A program made the translations under genes and the position numbers. The notes beneath the pieces are model-generated. The model made no database searches, had not been told where the DNA came from, and worked only from the letters and a program-made list of their open reading frames with translations. A stretch of DNA of 63,413 bases, filler included, from Octopus bimaculoides (taxonomy: Eukaryota), in NCBI RefSeq assembly GCF_001194135.2. It is 6 parts of 6 records of this genome, joined end to end, with 100 filler letters (N's around TTAATTAATTAA, not from the genome) between each part and the next. Parts side by side here need not be neighbours in the genome. Positions count along the whole stretch, not along the records: positions 1 to 29,253 come from NC_068981.1; positions 29,354 to 41,334 come from NC_069000.1; 4 more parts are not named here. One strand, given 5' to 3'. This document shows, in pieces, positions 25,017 to 36,520 of the stretch (positions within the stretch are counted from its first letter, which is position 1; each line of letters begins with the position of its first letter).

Positions 25017-26374
25017 CATGCGTATATATCTATGCATACATGTAAGCATATATGTGTATATATATATATCTGTATGTAAGTGCCTGTAGAAGTACACACA
25101 CACACACACACACGTTTGTGCGTGCATCTGGATAAGTGTAAGTATTTATATGTTTATATGCATAGCCATATATGCACATGCCACAGTAAATTTAACTTTG
25201 TTAAAATAGTTTATTCACAACGTACGCTTTAAGTTACTTCCTTCTTAGTTAAAAAAAAAAATTGAAAATAAAGTTGAAAATGAAATGTGACACACAACTT
25301 CTTACATGAAAATGGACGCCTAACAACACATAATACAAAGAAAAAAAAAGGAAAACATTAAGTACTTAAGCAAAAACCAAAACGAAACACAATTAACCCC
25401 TAAACAAACTATACTCTAATTTAAAAAATAATACACTAAACAAAGCTGTTTCTAATTTAAATCAAAATCACCAACCAAATAGCCTTAGTCATTGAAAAAC
25501 AAATATTAAGTTTATAAGCAACAAACGTAATATAAAAGGAAATTGATTGAGTTTGTTGTGTAGGTTATAACGATATGTCGACTTGACGCTACCAAAAAGA
25601 CTATATCAAGTCGTATTTTCTTTGCGTTTTTTCTTTTTTTTTTTTCTCTGAAGTCCATTTTTATTTTCCGAAGCCACGTCCATTACTTGACTGTAAGATA
25701 CTTTTATTCATAACTGTTCTGTGCACATAACTCTAAGAAATACCATTGGTAAAGGCTCACATATGTAAGCATTGCGCATTGAAACAAGTGTTTTCTTAGA
25801 TCGAAATATTAAGCTGAAAAGCATATGAAGGTCTGGACACCATTGAAACATTCGGAGCGAGACACTCCTATTTCAGTTACAGATACCAATCCTACTGGAT
25901 GGATTGTGAAATTAATGACACACCAGTTTCATCAACTGGTCATCTACTCAAGCCAAAATGAAGTAAAATGTTTATATGAAGACCGAAAAGACTAAATTTC
26001 TATAACATTTTCTGGTTGAATAAATACTACTGAGGAAAGAATTCCCAAACAAAGATTACGAAGAACACGATGGCTTATATAGTTCTGGATATATATATAT
26101 ATATATATGTATATATATGTATATATATATATTATTTTGTTTAAAAGAGTTCCAGCACTGTCTGTTTTTTATGTTTTATTTATATTCCTGCAGAACTAAT
26201 GTGGGGTATAGAATATGGAATATACAATATATAATATAATATACAATATACAATATAAAATAAAATAAAATAAAAATGGATGGCACCATGAAAGAATGTA
26301 TTGAATGTAGATGAAATATTGAGTGTTCAATATAAAGGATCAAATATATAAATATATAAATATAAATATATAAA

Positions 26375-26414
26375 GGCGACTCGAGTTTCAGGGCTATTTC
26401 CCTTCGTCATGGCC
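26375..26414 (-). ncRNA. Type I hammerhead-ribozyme motif (Penelope-like), with a core defect
   Basis: Reverse complement GGC C-a-UGACGA AGGG-aaauag-CCCU GAAA CUCGAG UC GCC. It has a 4-bp stem II, a palindromic stem III (ACUCGAGU), a GUC cleavage triplet and a 3-bp stem I. There is one extra A in the CUGANGA core. Confidence 0.65.
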
Positions 26415-26976
26415 GATACCCNNNNNNNNNNNNNNNNNNNNNNNNNNNNNNNNNNNNNNNNNNNNNNNNNNNNNNNNNNNNNNNNNNNNNNNNNNNNNNN
26501 NNNNNNNNNNNNNNNNNNNNNNNNNNNNNNNNNNNNNNNNNNNNNNNNNNNNNNNNNNNNNNNNNNNNNNNNNNNNNNNNNNNNNNNNNNNNNNNNNNNN
26601 NNNNNNNNNNNNNNNNNNNNNNNNNNNNNNNNNNNNNNNNNNNNNNNNNNNNNNNNNNNNNNNNNNNNNNNNNNNNNNNNNNNNNNNNNNNNNNNNNNNN
26701 NNNNNNNNNNNNNNNNNNNNNNNNNNNNNNNNNNNNNNNNNNNNNNNNNNNNNNNNNNNNNNNNNNNNNNNNNNNNNNNNNNNNNNNNNNNNNNNNNNNN
26801 NNNNNNNNNNNNNNNNNNNNNNNNNNNNNNNNNNNNNNNNNNNNNNNNNNNNNNNNNNNNNNNNNNNNNNNNNNNNNNNNNNNNNNNNNNNNNNNNNNNN
26901 NNNNNNNNNNNNNNNNNNNNNNNNNNNNNNNNNNNNNNNNNNNNNNNNNNNNNNNNNNNNNNNNNNNNNNNNNNNN

Positions 26977-27300
26977 TTCTTTGTAAGCCTAGTACTTATT
27001 GTATCAGTCCATTTTGCCAAACCGCTAAGTTACGGGGAAGTAAGCACACCACCATCGGTTGTCAAGTGATGTGGGGGGGGGGACAAACACAGACACACAT
27101 ACATGCACACATACATACACACATATATATATATATATGATGGACTTCTTTCAGTTTCCGTCTACCAAATCCACTCACAAGGCTTTGGTCGGTCCGAGGC
27201 TATAGTAGAAAACACTTGCCCAAGGTGCCACGCAGTGGGAATGAACCCAGAACCATGTGGTTGTTAAGCAAGCTACTTACCACACAGCCACTCTTGCGCC
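26977..27300 (-). mobile_element. SINE family A copy
   Basis: Matches the reverse complement of 49708-50000. Confidence 0.9.
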
Positions 27301-27471
27301 TATAACGGAAAAAATGTACAACCTTCTACGACAATAAACCACTATTGTTCCTGAAAGTTGTAGTATATGTATTGCCGAAGCAATTTGAAAATTGTTTTTC
27401 ATATCTACGGATTACTTGAAGTTCACTACCTTCCTACACCTTGATCCTTGGATCTTACCTTTTCATATCAA

Positions 27472-27542
<71 letters not shown>

Positions 27543-27814
27543 ATACACATAGACATACATACAAATACATATGTATGTGTATACATCTATGTATGTCTTT
27601 GTGTTTGTCCCCCACCACTACTTGACAACTGGTATTCGTTTGTTTATATCCCCGTAAATTAGCGGTTAGGCTATAAACATTGGCAGAATAAATACCAAAC
27701 TTTAAAAAATATAAGTACTGGGGTAGATTCGTTTGACTGAAACCTTTCAAGGCGATTTCCCAGCCAGGCTGCAGACCAGTGACTGAAACAAGTGAAAGAA
27801 AGATGAAAGATATA

Positions 27815-27972
27815 CAGGCGTGGCTGTGTGGTAAGAAGCATGCTTCCCAAACACATGGTCTCGGGTTCAGTTCCACTGCGTGGCACCTGGGCAAGTATTT
27901 TCTACTATAGCCTTGGGCCAACCAAAGCCTTGTCAGTGTATTTGGTAGATGGAAACTGAAAGAAGCTCGTCA

Positions 27973-28011
<39 letters not shown>

Positions 28012-28260
28012 GTATGTGTGTGTGTGTGTGTGTATTTATATCCGTGTTTGTTCCCCCACATCACTTCACAAATGATGTTGGTGTGTTTATGTCCTCGTAT
28101 TTAGCGATTCGGCAAAAGAGACCGATAGAATAAGTATTAGGTTTACAAAGAATAAGGCCTGGGGTTCGATTTCTTCGACTAAAACCCTCTAAGGCGGTCC
28201 TCCTGCATGGCCGCAGTCAAATGGCTGAAATAAGTAAAAGAACGAAAAAATAAAGAGAAT
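27815..28260 (+). mobile_element. SINE family A, full length
   Basis: GGCGTGGCTGTGTGGTAAG...GGTTCAGTTCC...CCTGGGCAAGT (CORE-like)...GGCCGCAGTCAAATGGCTGAAA. Additional partial copies at 27595-27812. Confidence 0.9.
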
Positions 28261-28685
28261 ATACATGTTGCGTGTGTGCGGTTGGAGATGTTAAGTCACA
28301 CTTGAGCATCTGTCACCCAGAATTATTTATGTGGATGTGTGTTTCTGGAATATGTGTAAAGTTTTGTCAGTGGCGACGAAAATGTTTTGACACAAATGAA
28401 ATTTAAATGTTGAAGTGAAACTAATGGTTTTGGTGTGCTCTTGAATAGCTAACAAACATCTTCCACGCTGCAATTGTTTTTGTTTCAGCACACGACCTCA
28501 AATCAAGTCACTTGCTATGCAAGTACATCTGTATATATACATACACACATACATATTTTAACATATATTAAGGCATGTGATATACACCTGATTATCTTGG
28601 TAATCAGTTATGTGGGTACTCATATATGGTTACATATAGCATATGAATTAGACATAATATACATTTTTAGAGTATATATGAATAG

Positions 28686-28729
<44 letters not shown>

Positions 28730-28974
28730 NNNNNNNNNNGAGTTTACGCGGGATCTCCAAACCAAAATGTAAACCTCATATAGTTAAGGTATCCTTGGTT
28801 TGAATAGTAGCTTGCGGTCTATTTCTCGTTTGGATAATTTACTGCTTCTGCGGATCAGCTATCTATGAAACATGTAGTCTGTATTTTACCTACTCCATTC
28901 CCTAAAGTTTGCATGTTTATCCGTATATACAACAACCCGTGTTGCTAACCGGGAACAATAACATTCATTTTTTC

Positions 28975-29253
28975 TGCTTCGATACTCTTTTACTCTTTTA
29001 CTTGTTTCAGTCATTTGACTGCGGCTATGCTGGAGCACCACTTTTTTGTCGAGCAAATCGAACCCAGGACTTATTCTTTGTAAGCCTAGTACTTATTGTA
29101 TCAGTCCATTTTGCCAAACCGCTAAGTTACGGGGAAGTAAGCACACCACCATCGGTTGTCAAGTGATGTGGGGGGGGGGACAAACACAGACACACATACA
29201 TGCACACATACATACACACATATATATATATATATGATGGACTTCTTTCAGTT
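28975..29253 (-). mobile_element. SINE family A, 3' half
   Basis: Matches the consensus; 29074-29253 is identical to 26977-27156. Confidence 0.9.
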
Positions 29254-29353
29254 NNNNNNNNNNNNNNNNNNNNNNNNNNNNNNNNNNNNNNNNNNNNTTA
29301 ATTAATTAANNNNNNNNNNNNNNNNNNNNNNNNNNNNNNNNNNNNNNNNNNNN
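29254..29353. other. Synthetic 100-bp gap spacer (44 N + TTAATTAATTAA + 44 N); the 12-mer recurs at 41379, 51244, 55704 and 59561
   Basis: An identical 12-mer is centred in N runs five times and contains stops in all six frames. Confidence 0.95.
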
Positions 29354-30434
29354 GGGAGGGAGTATGTTTTCTACATCAAACTTACATTGGTGACTCATAA
29401 ATCTCTTACAACAAAAAGATATTACACACACACACGCGCGCGCGCGCGCGCGCCAATGAGGCAACTTCTACCTGCTAGAAATAGTAGCTGCATTGTTCTT
29501 CCAAATCACACAGCACTTTGATCATAGTTCTGCTCAATCAAAACCTTACCTAGGGTTAAATAACAATATCAACAACAACAAGTGAAAATACAAAGATTGT
29601 TCCCATAACTACGAGGAACAGAATGTCAGTCATTTTTCTAATTAAAAAAATATAATTAGCGACTTTAATGTTGAACTACAATCTAATAACTGAAAGTAGC
29701 AATAGATTAGATTAATTAAACTTCAATTGGTCGATCATAAATTATAAACAAAAGGAAGAAAATGAACACACACAAAAATACAACAAAGGACTCCCTTCGA
29801 GGGTACTCAACTTGCTAGAAATAGCAGCCAAACTTCCTGCAAATGCATCTTAACCCTGTCGATCCCCACTCCCTGCCTAAGACCACACTGGTTCTATGCT
29901 GTTTCTTTTAAAGGGGTCTAAATTAAAACTTTCTATCAACATTTCTTGTCGATTTTACATCAGAACACCAGCATAACAATACTGACAAAGTCTGTGTGTC
30001 TGAGAGAGGGAGAGAGGTAGATACGTATACACACACACACATACATACATACATACATATCAAATTGCTAAGTCATGCTTTTTACACAACAGTAAACAAA
30101 CACAGACACTTTTTATTTGGTCGGAAAGTTACGTAAGTGACTCAGGAGCCAAGACGTTCATACATTACGCACGAATCAAACACGTTTGTGTTTGAAATTT
30201 CGTTTGATTGGAAACTGCCTACCTCCACCCCTATTTCGTCCAACCCCATATTACCCTTCTTTTAACTTAATTCTTTCTCCCTGTATCTATTTATAGATTT
30301 CCCAGTATTTCGGGTGTCAGCCGCCAACAGCATCACACCATTCACTCCACTCTTTATATTCTTGTTGCTTATTCAAATTTTAATTTCTGTCTCTATATTT
30401 AGAAAACCCTGACCACTGGCGAAAATTTCACCTA

Positions 30435-30596
30435 ATTTTTAACCAACAAGAAGTTTGCTTCCCAACTACATGGTTCCCGGTGCAGTCCCGCTGCGTGGCA
30501 CCTTAAGTAAGTGCCTTCTACTATAGCCTCAGGCTGACCAAAGCTTTGTGAATGAACTTGGTAGACGGAAACTGAAAGAAACCAGTCGTATATGTG
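30435..30596 (+). mobile_element. SINE family A, 5' half
   Basis: CATGGTTCCCGGTGCAGTCCCGCTGCGTGGCACC...GACGGAAACTGAAAGAA. Confidence 0.85.
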
Positions 30597-30803
30597 NNNN
30601 NNNNNNNNNNNNNNNNNNNNNNNNNNNNNNNNNNNNNNNNNNNNNNNNNNNNNNNNNNNNNNNNNNNNNNNNNNNNNNNNNNNNNNNNNNNNNNNNTGTG
30701 TGTCCCACCTTGCTAACTATCAGCCATTTTGTATTTTGTATTCCTAGGAATAAACAAACACATGAATAAACAAAACACATACACTATGTATGCCACATTG
30801 ATA

Positions 30804-30845
<42 letters not shown>

Positions 30846-30846
<1 letters not shown>

Positions 30847-31070
30847 GGGTAGCAATCTGGCAAAATTGTTGAAGTCTTGGAAAATGCTAAGCAGTATTTC
30901 TTCCGGTTCTTTACATTTGGGGTTTGAATCATGCCAAGATAAGCTTTATCCTTCATCCTTCCTGGGTCAATCAGATAAGTTACCAGTCAAGTACTGGGGG
31001 TCAACAGTATAGACTAATCCTCCATCTCCTTAAATGTGATGGCCTTGGGCCAAAATTACAAATTGTTCTT
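30846..31070 (+). mobile_element. SINE family D copy after (ATT)n; a second copy at 31418-31640
   Basis: Collinear with 10501 and 43250. Confidence 0.75.
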
Positions 31071-31071
31071 C

Positions 31072-31390
31072 ATCATCATCATCATTTAACATGTTTTCCA
31101 TCCTGGCATGGGTTGGACAGTTTGACAGGAAATGGTAAGTCGGAGAGCTGCCCCAAGCTCCAATCGCCTGTTTTGGTAATGGTTTCTACAACTGGATGCC
31201 CTTCCTAATGCCAGCCACTTTATAGCATGTGGACTGGGTGCTTCACGTGTGGCACCTGCATGGGTGCTTCACATGTGGCACTGATATCGGAGCTTTTAAC
31301 ATGGCCTCAAACAGGTGCTTTTCTACTTTGCAATGGCATGGGTGTTTCTTATATGGCACCAACACAGGTGCTTTTTACATGGCACCAGCA
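31072..31390 (-). mobile_element. Family E retroposon 3' end with (GAT)n tail; other copies at 45604-45935, 46830-47040 and 40395-40450 (+)
   Basis: Plus strand reads CATCATCATTTAAC...CATGGGTTGGACAGTTT...CTGGATGCCCTTCCTAATGCC, shared with 45604-45750. Confidence 0.75.
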
Positions 31391-33553
31391 ATTATTATTA
31401 TTATTATTATAATTATGAAAGTCAGCAGAATGGCAGAAATCCTTGGCATGCCAGATAAGATGTTTAGGGGAATTTTTTCTGGTTTTATGTTCTGAGTTCA
31501 AATTCTGCTGAGGTTGACTTTAGCTCTCATCCTTTCAGGGTCAATAAAATGAATACCAGTTGTGTACTGGGGTCGATGCAATCACCTTACTCCCTTCTCT
31601 TCAAAATTGCTGCCTTTGCACCAAATTTTGAAAACATCATCATAATCCTAAGCATTTTTGTTTTCCCAGGCAATAACAACCACTGTTTCTTTCAGTTCTT
31701 TTAGAACAGCACTCACCTGACCTATTAGAAATAGCAGCCAAATCTACCTGAAATCACAGCTTACCATGCAAAAGAAGAAAGGATAGTGGATTACGAAATG
31801 CTAAGTACACTATGTCTGTTTAGTACAGTGAGAACATAACAGCTGAAACATCCTTGGTTTAGGGACCTGTCCTTGGGCTAAACAACAACAGAACCAGAGA
31901 TTTGAAACCCACCAGCAGCTTTAGTTTTTACACTACAATGCTCAGCATAAACCAAAACAAAAGATGATAAGGGGAGAGCCTTTGTGACAATGGTTTCTGA
32001 CTGTTGTCCCTGACACTCAAGCGTGGCATGGGCAGTAGTTAAGGGTGTCACAAATTTTTTTAATTTAAATGACACAGCAAAAAACATCAGCCTCAATTTC
32101 AAAGTCATAAAATGGCAGAAAAGGACAGAATCAGTGAGAAAACCTGAAGATTATTGACTGGAGATTAGAAATTCATCGTTGGTGAGTTGTGTACCTCAAG
32201 CATGGGGCGGCAGGGTGGGCACTGACACACTGGAAACTAGTGTCCTATGTGACAAAGCGATCTGCTGGAAATAGCAGTCAATTTTCCCTTAAATTACACT
32301 TTTACATCACTTTAAACGGTTGAAAAACCACATTGGATAATATGCACAACCTGAAGAATGAAAATTGAAAGAAAAAATACAAGATGGCCACAGCTTGAAC
32401 ATCTTTCATCATAGGTGTGTTGAATGGGGTGGGGTGGGGGAACGACAACAACAACAACAACAACGACTACTACTACTGATAAGAATTAGTCTGAAATTTC
32501 TTTGATTTGAATATCAAATATTATATTACTTGGTCTAACACACAGAGAAAGAGAGAGGGACAGAGAGAAAGAGAGAGAGACAGAAAGAAAGAAAGACAGA
32601 GAGAGAGAGAGAAAGAGAAAGACAGAAGGCAGGAGAATAACATGTATGTGTGTGTGTGTGTGTGTGTGTAATGTAAGGGCAGAGGGTTATATATATATAG
32701 ACACAAAAGGAGTGAAGAGGTATTGTAAGTTTGGCAATGTTCCTTAGCAAATATTACCTGTCTATGTTTTCTTTGAAGAACATAGACAAACGAACAGATG
32801 TTGGGGAAATCAAGGAAGGAAGGGAGTGGAGCAGCTGCACTAAACTTATCTAATATGTATCTGGGCAAAAAGCAGTGAAATCCTCCAGATGGATTAGGAG
32901 GAAGAGGAAAAGGAGGAGGAGGAGGAGATGGAAGAAGGTACACCACCACCACCACCATTATCATTTTAGGTAGTAATTGATAACCCAAACTCAGAACTGT
33001 AAGATCCAAATATGCAAACGTGTACACAAACATGCATCTACAGAATTTTATCAACAGAAAAACACACACACACACATACATACATAAATATATATTCATA
33101 CACAGAAACAGGAAAAATTACAAAACAGTAAAAAAAGAAAAATGTTAGCCCCCCCCCCACACACACACACACAAAACTGGATAAATTTAAAGGATGAAGA
33201 TGGGAGAACATACAGAATAATTAGATGCACACATACACACACATGTACATGTGTAGGGGAGGGAGAGAAAGCAGGGGATACAAGTACAGAGCCACACACA
33301 CACATACAGTTACATATGCATATGCATACACATAACCCAACGTGAGGAGATGGGAAGAAAATGCTAAAAAGAAGGGCAAAGCAGATGAGCGAATGGTGTG
33401 AAGAATCACAACAAAACAAGTTGAGGAATTAGAAGAAAACAAAAATGAAAATTGACAGAAGCCGAAGAAGAGATGATTGTGTAAAGTTTAGAAGGGTGGA
33501 TTGGGTAAGATGGTGGGGTGAACAAAAGTAGAAAAAAAAACAGAGGGAAATAC

Positions 33554-33592
<39 letters not shown>

Positions 33593-35229
33593 TATTATAC
33601 ATATAATATATAGATGGGCAGGTAGATAAACAGGCAGCTAAATAGATAGACAGACAAGACAACGGAATAGTACAACAGACTGACAAACGTCCCACTGTTT
33701 CAGCTCCACCCCACTCCCCAGTCAATAAGTAATAAGAATACCAGAAGAGATGTAATTGGTTGGGGTGGGGGAGTATGAGGAACTAAGCCCATTGCTTGTG
33801 GGAATGAAGAAAATCTTTGTGTTTCTTCTTAGTCTCATGAACTCCATTCATATTTTTGAATGCATTATAGCAGTATAAGTCGAATTTTATTTACCCCAGA
33901 AAGATGAAAAGATAAAGCTGAGCTTCCCGGGATTTGAACTCATTACGTAAAGAGTCGTGAACAAGCGCAGGGCCGTCTTAAGGCACAAGCACACTGGGCA
34001 GTTGCTAAGGGACCCCATAGGTCTAACGGCCCAACTGTAATCTATGCATGTTGTGGTTGGCAGTCAATAAGTAAGTATTCACGGCCCCAGAACATCGATC
34101 TACTGAGCAGCCTTTAAAGCAGCTGAAGACTGCCACACCTTGCACAGCGGGTTCTGTCTGACTCCCTAACAATTCTACCAAACGAAAATACCAGTAATAT
34201 GTAATGTAATCAATGCAAATAATCTTTAAGCTGTGGTCTCTGAAATTGTTGGTCTTGTGCCAAGTGAGAAGAAATCAATGGAGAGAAAGAAAGAAAGAAA
34301 ACAAAAGAGGAAGAGAGAGAGAGAGAGAGAGTTGAAGCCATCTCATTGCGAGCTTATTATTCTGAATCTCGGTTAATGTAGTTGTTGTTTGCCCCTAAGT
34401 CGGAGCTGATCCAGCACATTTATAACCAGAGGCATTCCAACCTAGACCACCCCATCTGTGATTCGTTTTTTTTTGTATGAATGGTCTGCACCGGACTATG
34501 TTGTCCAATCTTTCCATTTTTAAGACAGGAGCGGGGTACGACTTGAGAAAGAGAGACTTCATTTGGTTACTATTTCTAATAAATCGAACGACCACATATG
34601 AGTTTCCTCGTTGGCTCGCCACGTCCCGGTTTCAATTCCCAGCAGAACCAGTTTCAAATCACGAAAGCTTTTGAAAAAGACATAAAAGTCACACAACCTT
34701 CCTCCCTCTTTTTATAAATCTTGTTATGTACCACATACGAAATATGTATTAAACGAGAAGGAGTTTATTAAGGCTTCGCAGGAGGAGGAAGGGGAGGAGA
34801 TGTAGTTTTTTTTTTAGGGTTTCCTCTTTTTAGTAACAAACATACTTGTCTCTCACAGCTAAATATCTCTCACAGCTAACATAAATCAAAAACAGATTTC
34901 GGGGATTTTTGCCTGTGTACGACCAGGTGTCGTTTCAAAAAGTGAATTGCTCCGATGAAAATAGAAAACTGTTTATAAGAATGAAGAAATAAAAAGAATA
35001 GGAATTTGTAACATTCATGCTTTCTCGAAATGCTTATTAATTAATCCAGAAAACGGAATCTTTTTATTTCACACACACACACACACATAATTTTAGCGAT
35101 AATTAATATTTTATCATTTCTCTCCTTCAGAACAAACAGATATTAAAATATTGAATATTTCAATGCTTCTAAAACAGTTCTAGCTAATCCATAAAGACGA
35201 TCCTGTGGTTCGTCTTACTACAGTTGGTC

Positions 35230-35276
<47 letters not shown>

Positions 35277-36483
35277 CCATTTCTTTTAATTCGATATCGA
35301 TTTCTTTTGATTAGACAAAAAGCTGATTTTCTTCATAACTACCGAATTACAGGTATTTTATCGAGGAATGGAAAAGCAAAGTGGACTTTAGCGGGAGTTG
35401 AACACTGAGATAAGTCACACTAAAGGAAACGACAGTCCGGCAGTCTTCCACCTCGGCTACCTCAACCGATTTAAGAATTCTTTTTTCTTTTTTACATCAT
35501 ATATTATAATGACTTGAAGGGTTACAGAAGTAACGAACAGGAAATTAAAAACAGCTTTAATAACTGGGAGGTGGAGGGGAAGAGAATCGTATTTCTTTCT
35601 GTAATATTTTATAAAAAGGGAGGCCGTAGTGTGGACATTGGCTGAACAAGGAACAAGTGCACTCTGGCTACTGTTTTAATGTTGCCAATAGGATAGGCAG
35701 CCAAACAGTGTGTGTGTGAGGGAGGGAGAGAGAGATCTGTGTGTATATATTATGCATGCGTTGATTATATATAATCTACATATAATTTGCTATAGGTTTG
35801 GAAAGTGCATTCGGTTATTTGTTTATTATTGCAGGAGGTCGTACACAGTATCTCATGGGATTGATACTTGAAATCTTTAAATACAAGGAATAACTGTATC
35901 CATGGTATGTTTGGGCATGTAGAGACCGGTACCGCGAAGTAAAAATGGCAAAAATTATATAAATATATTGTGTGTGTGTGTATGTATAACGTCACTTGTT
36001 CCTCGGGGTCGAGTATGACTGTCGACCAGATTTAACTTCTCTGGCCCCGCATGTGACTTATGTAGGCCAATATAATATTACTATATATTATAAGCAAAAG
36101 CATATCATTATGAGGAATATAAGTTTTGTTTGTGGCATGTGATATTACACATTGGTGAACAGCAAGAACTGACATCAGCCACCGTGGGAAATAAATTTAT
36201 GTGTGTGAATGAGTGGATGTGTAATTGTATGTGAAGTTGTGTGTGTGTGTGTGTAACATAAATTAGATTGCGTGGAATGAAATCGTTTTATAAATTATAC
36301 AGGCTCAAACAACAACAAATACATAGCAAAACAAAATCCGTGCATTGTGTAAAATGTGATGAGGGTGGGTGCTAGTCGAGGTGGAAGACACTTTGAGAAG
36401 AGCATTAGAATAATTAAAACATTGAATTTAGACAGGTGGGCTACACGAACACACACACAAATACACGATATATATACATACAT

Positions 36484-36520
<37 letters not shown>

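Larger units (their letters stand above)
29462..34600. repeat. Cluster of family F dispersed repeats at about 29462-29585, 29800-29990, 31705-31890, 32258-32480 (+) and 34381-34600 (-); others at 18985-19215 (+) and 39500-39700 (-)
   Basis: Shared motif TGCTAGAAATAGCAGCCAAA, then CATTGGATAAT, ending in GGGCTAAACAACAAC-like (AAC)n tails. Confidence 0.7.

Noticed and set aside
25588-25612. Short inverted repeat CGACTTGA...TCAAGTCG; another weak one at about 35993-36058
   Set aside because: Stems are too short or interrupted to exceed chance.
30128-30146. Adjacent TTACGTAA and TGACTCA bZIP motifs
   Set aside because: Short motifs are expected by chance and there is no conservation data.
33968-34140. 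hAT-like left end CAGGGCCGTCTTAA
   Set aside because: No convincing right TIR or TSD; at best a truncated remnant.
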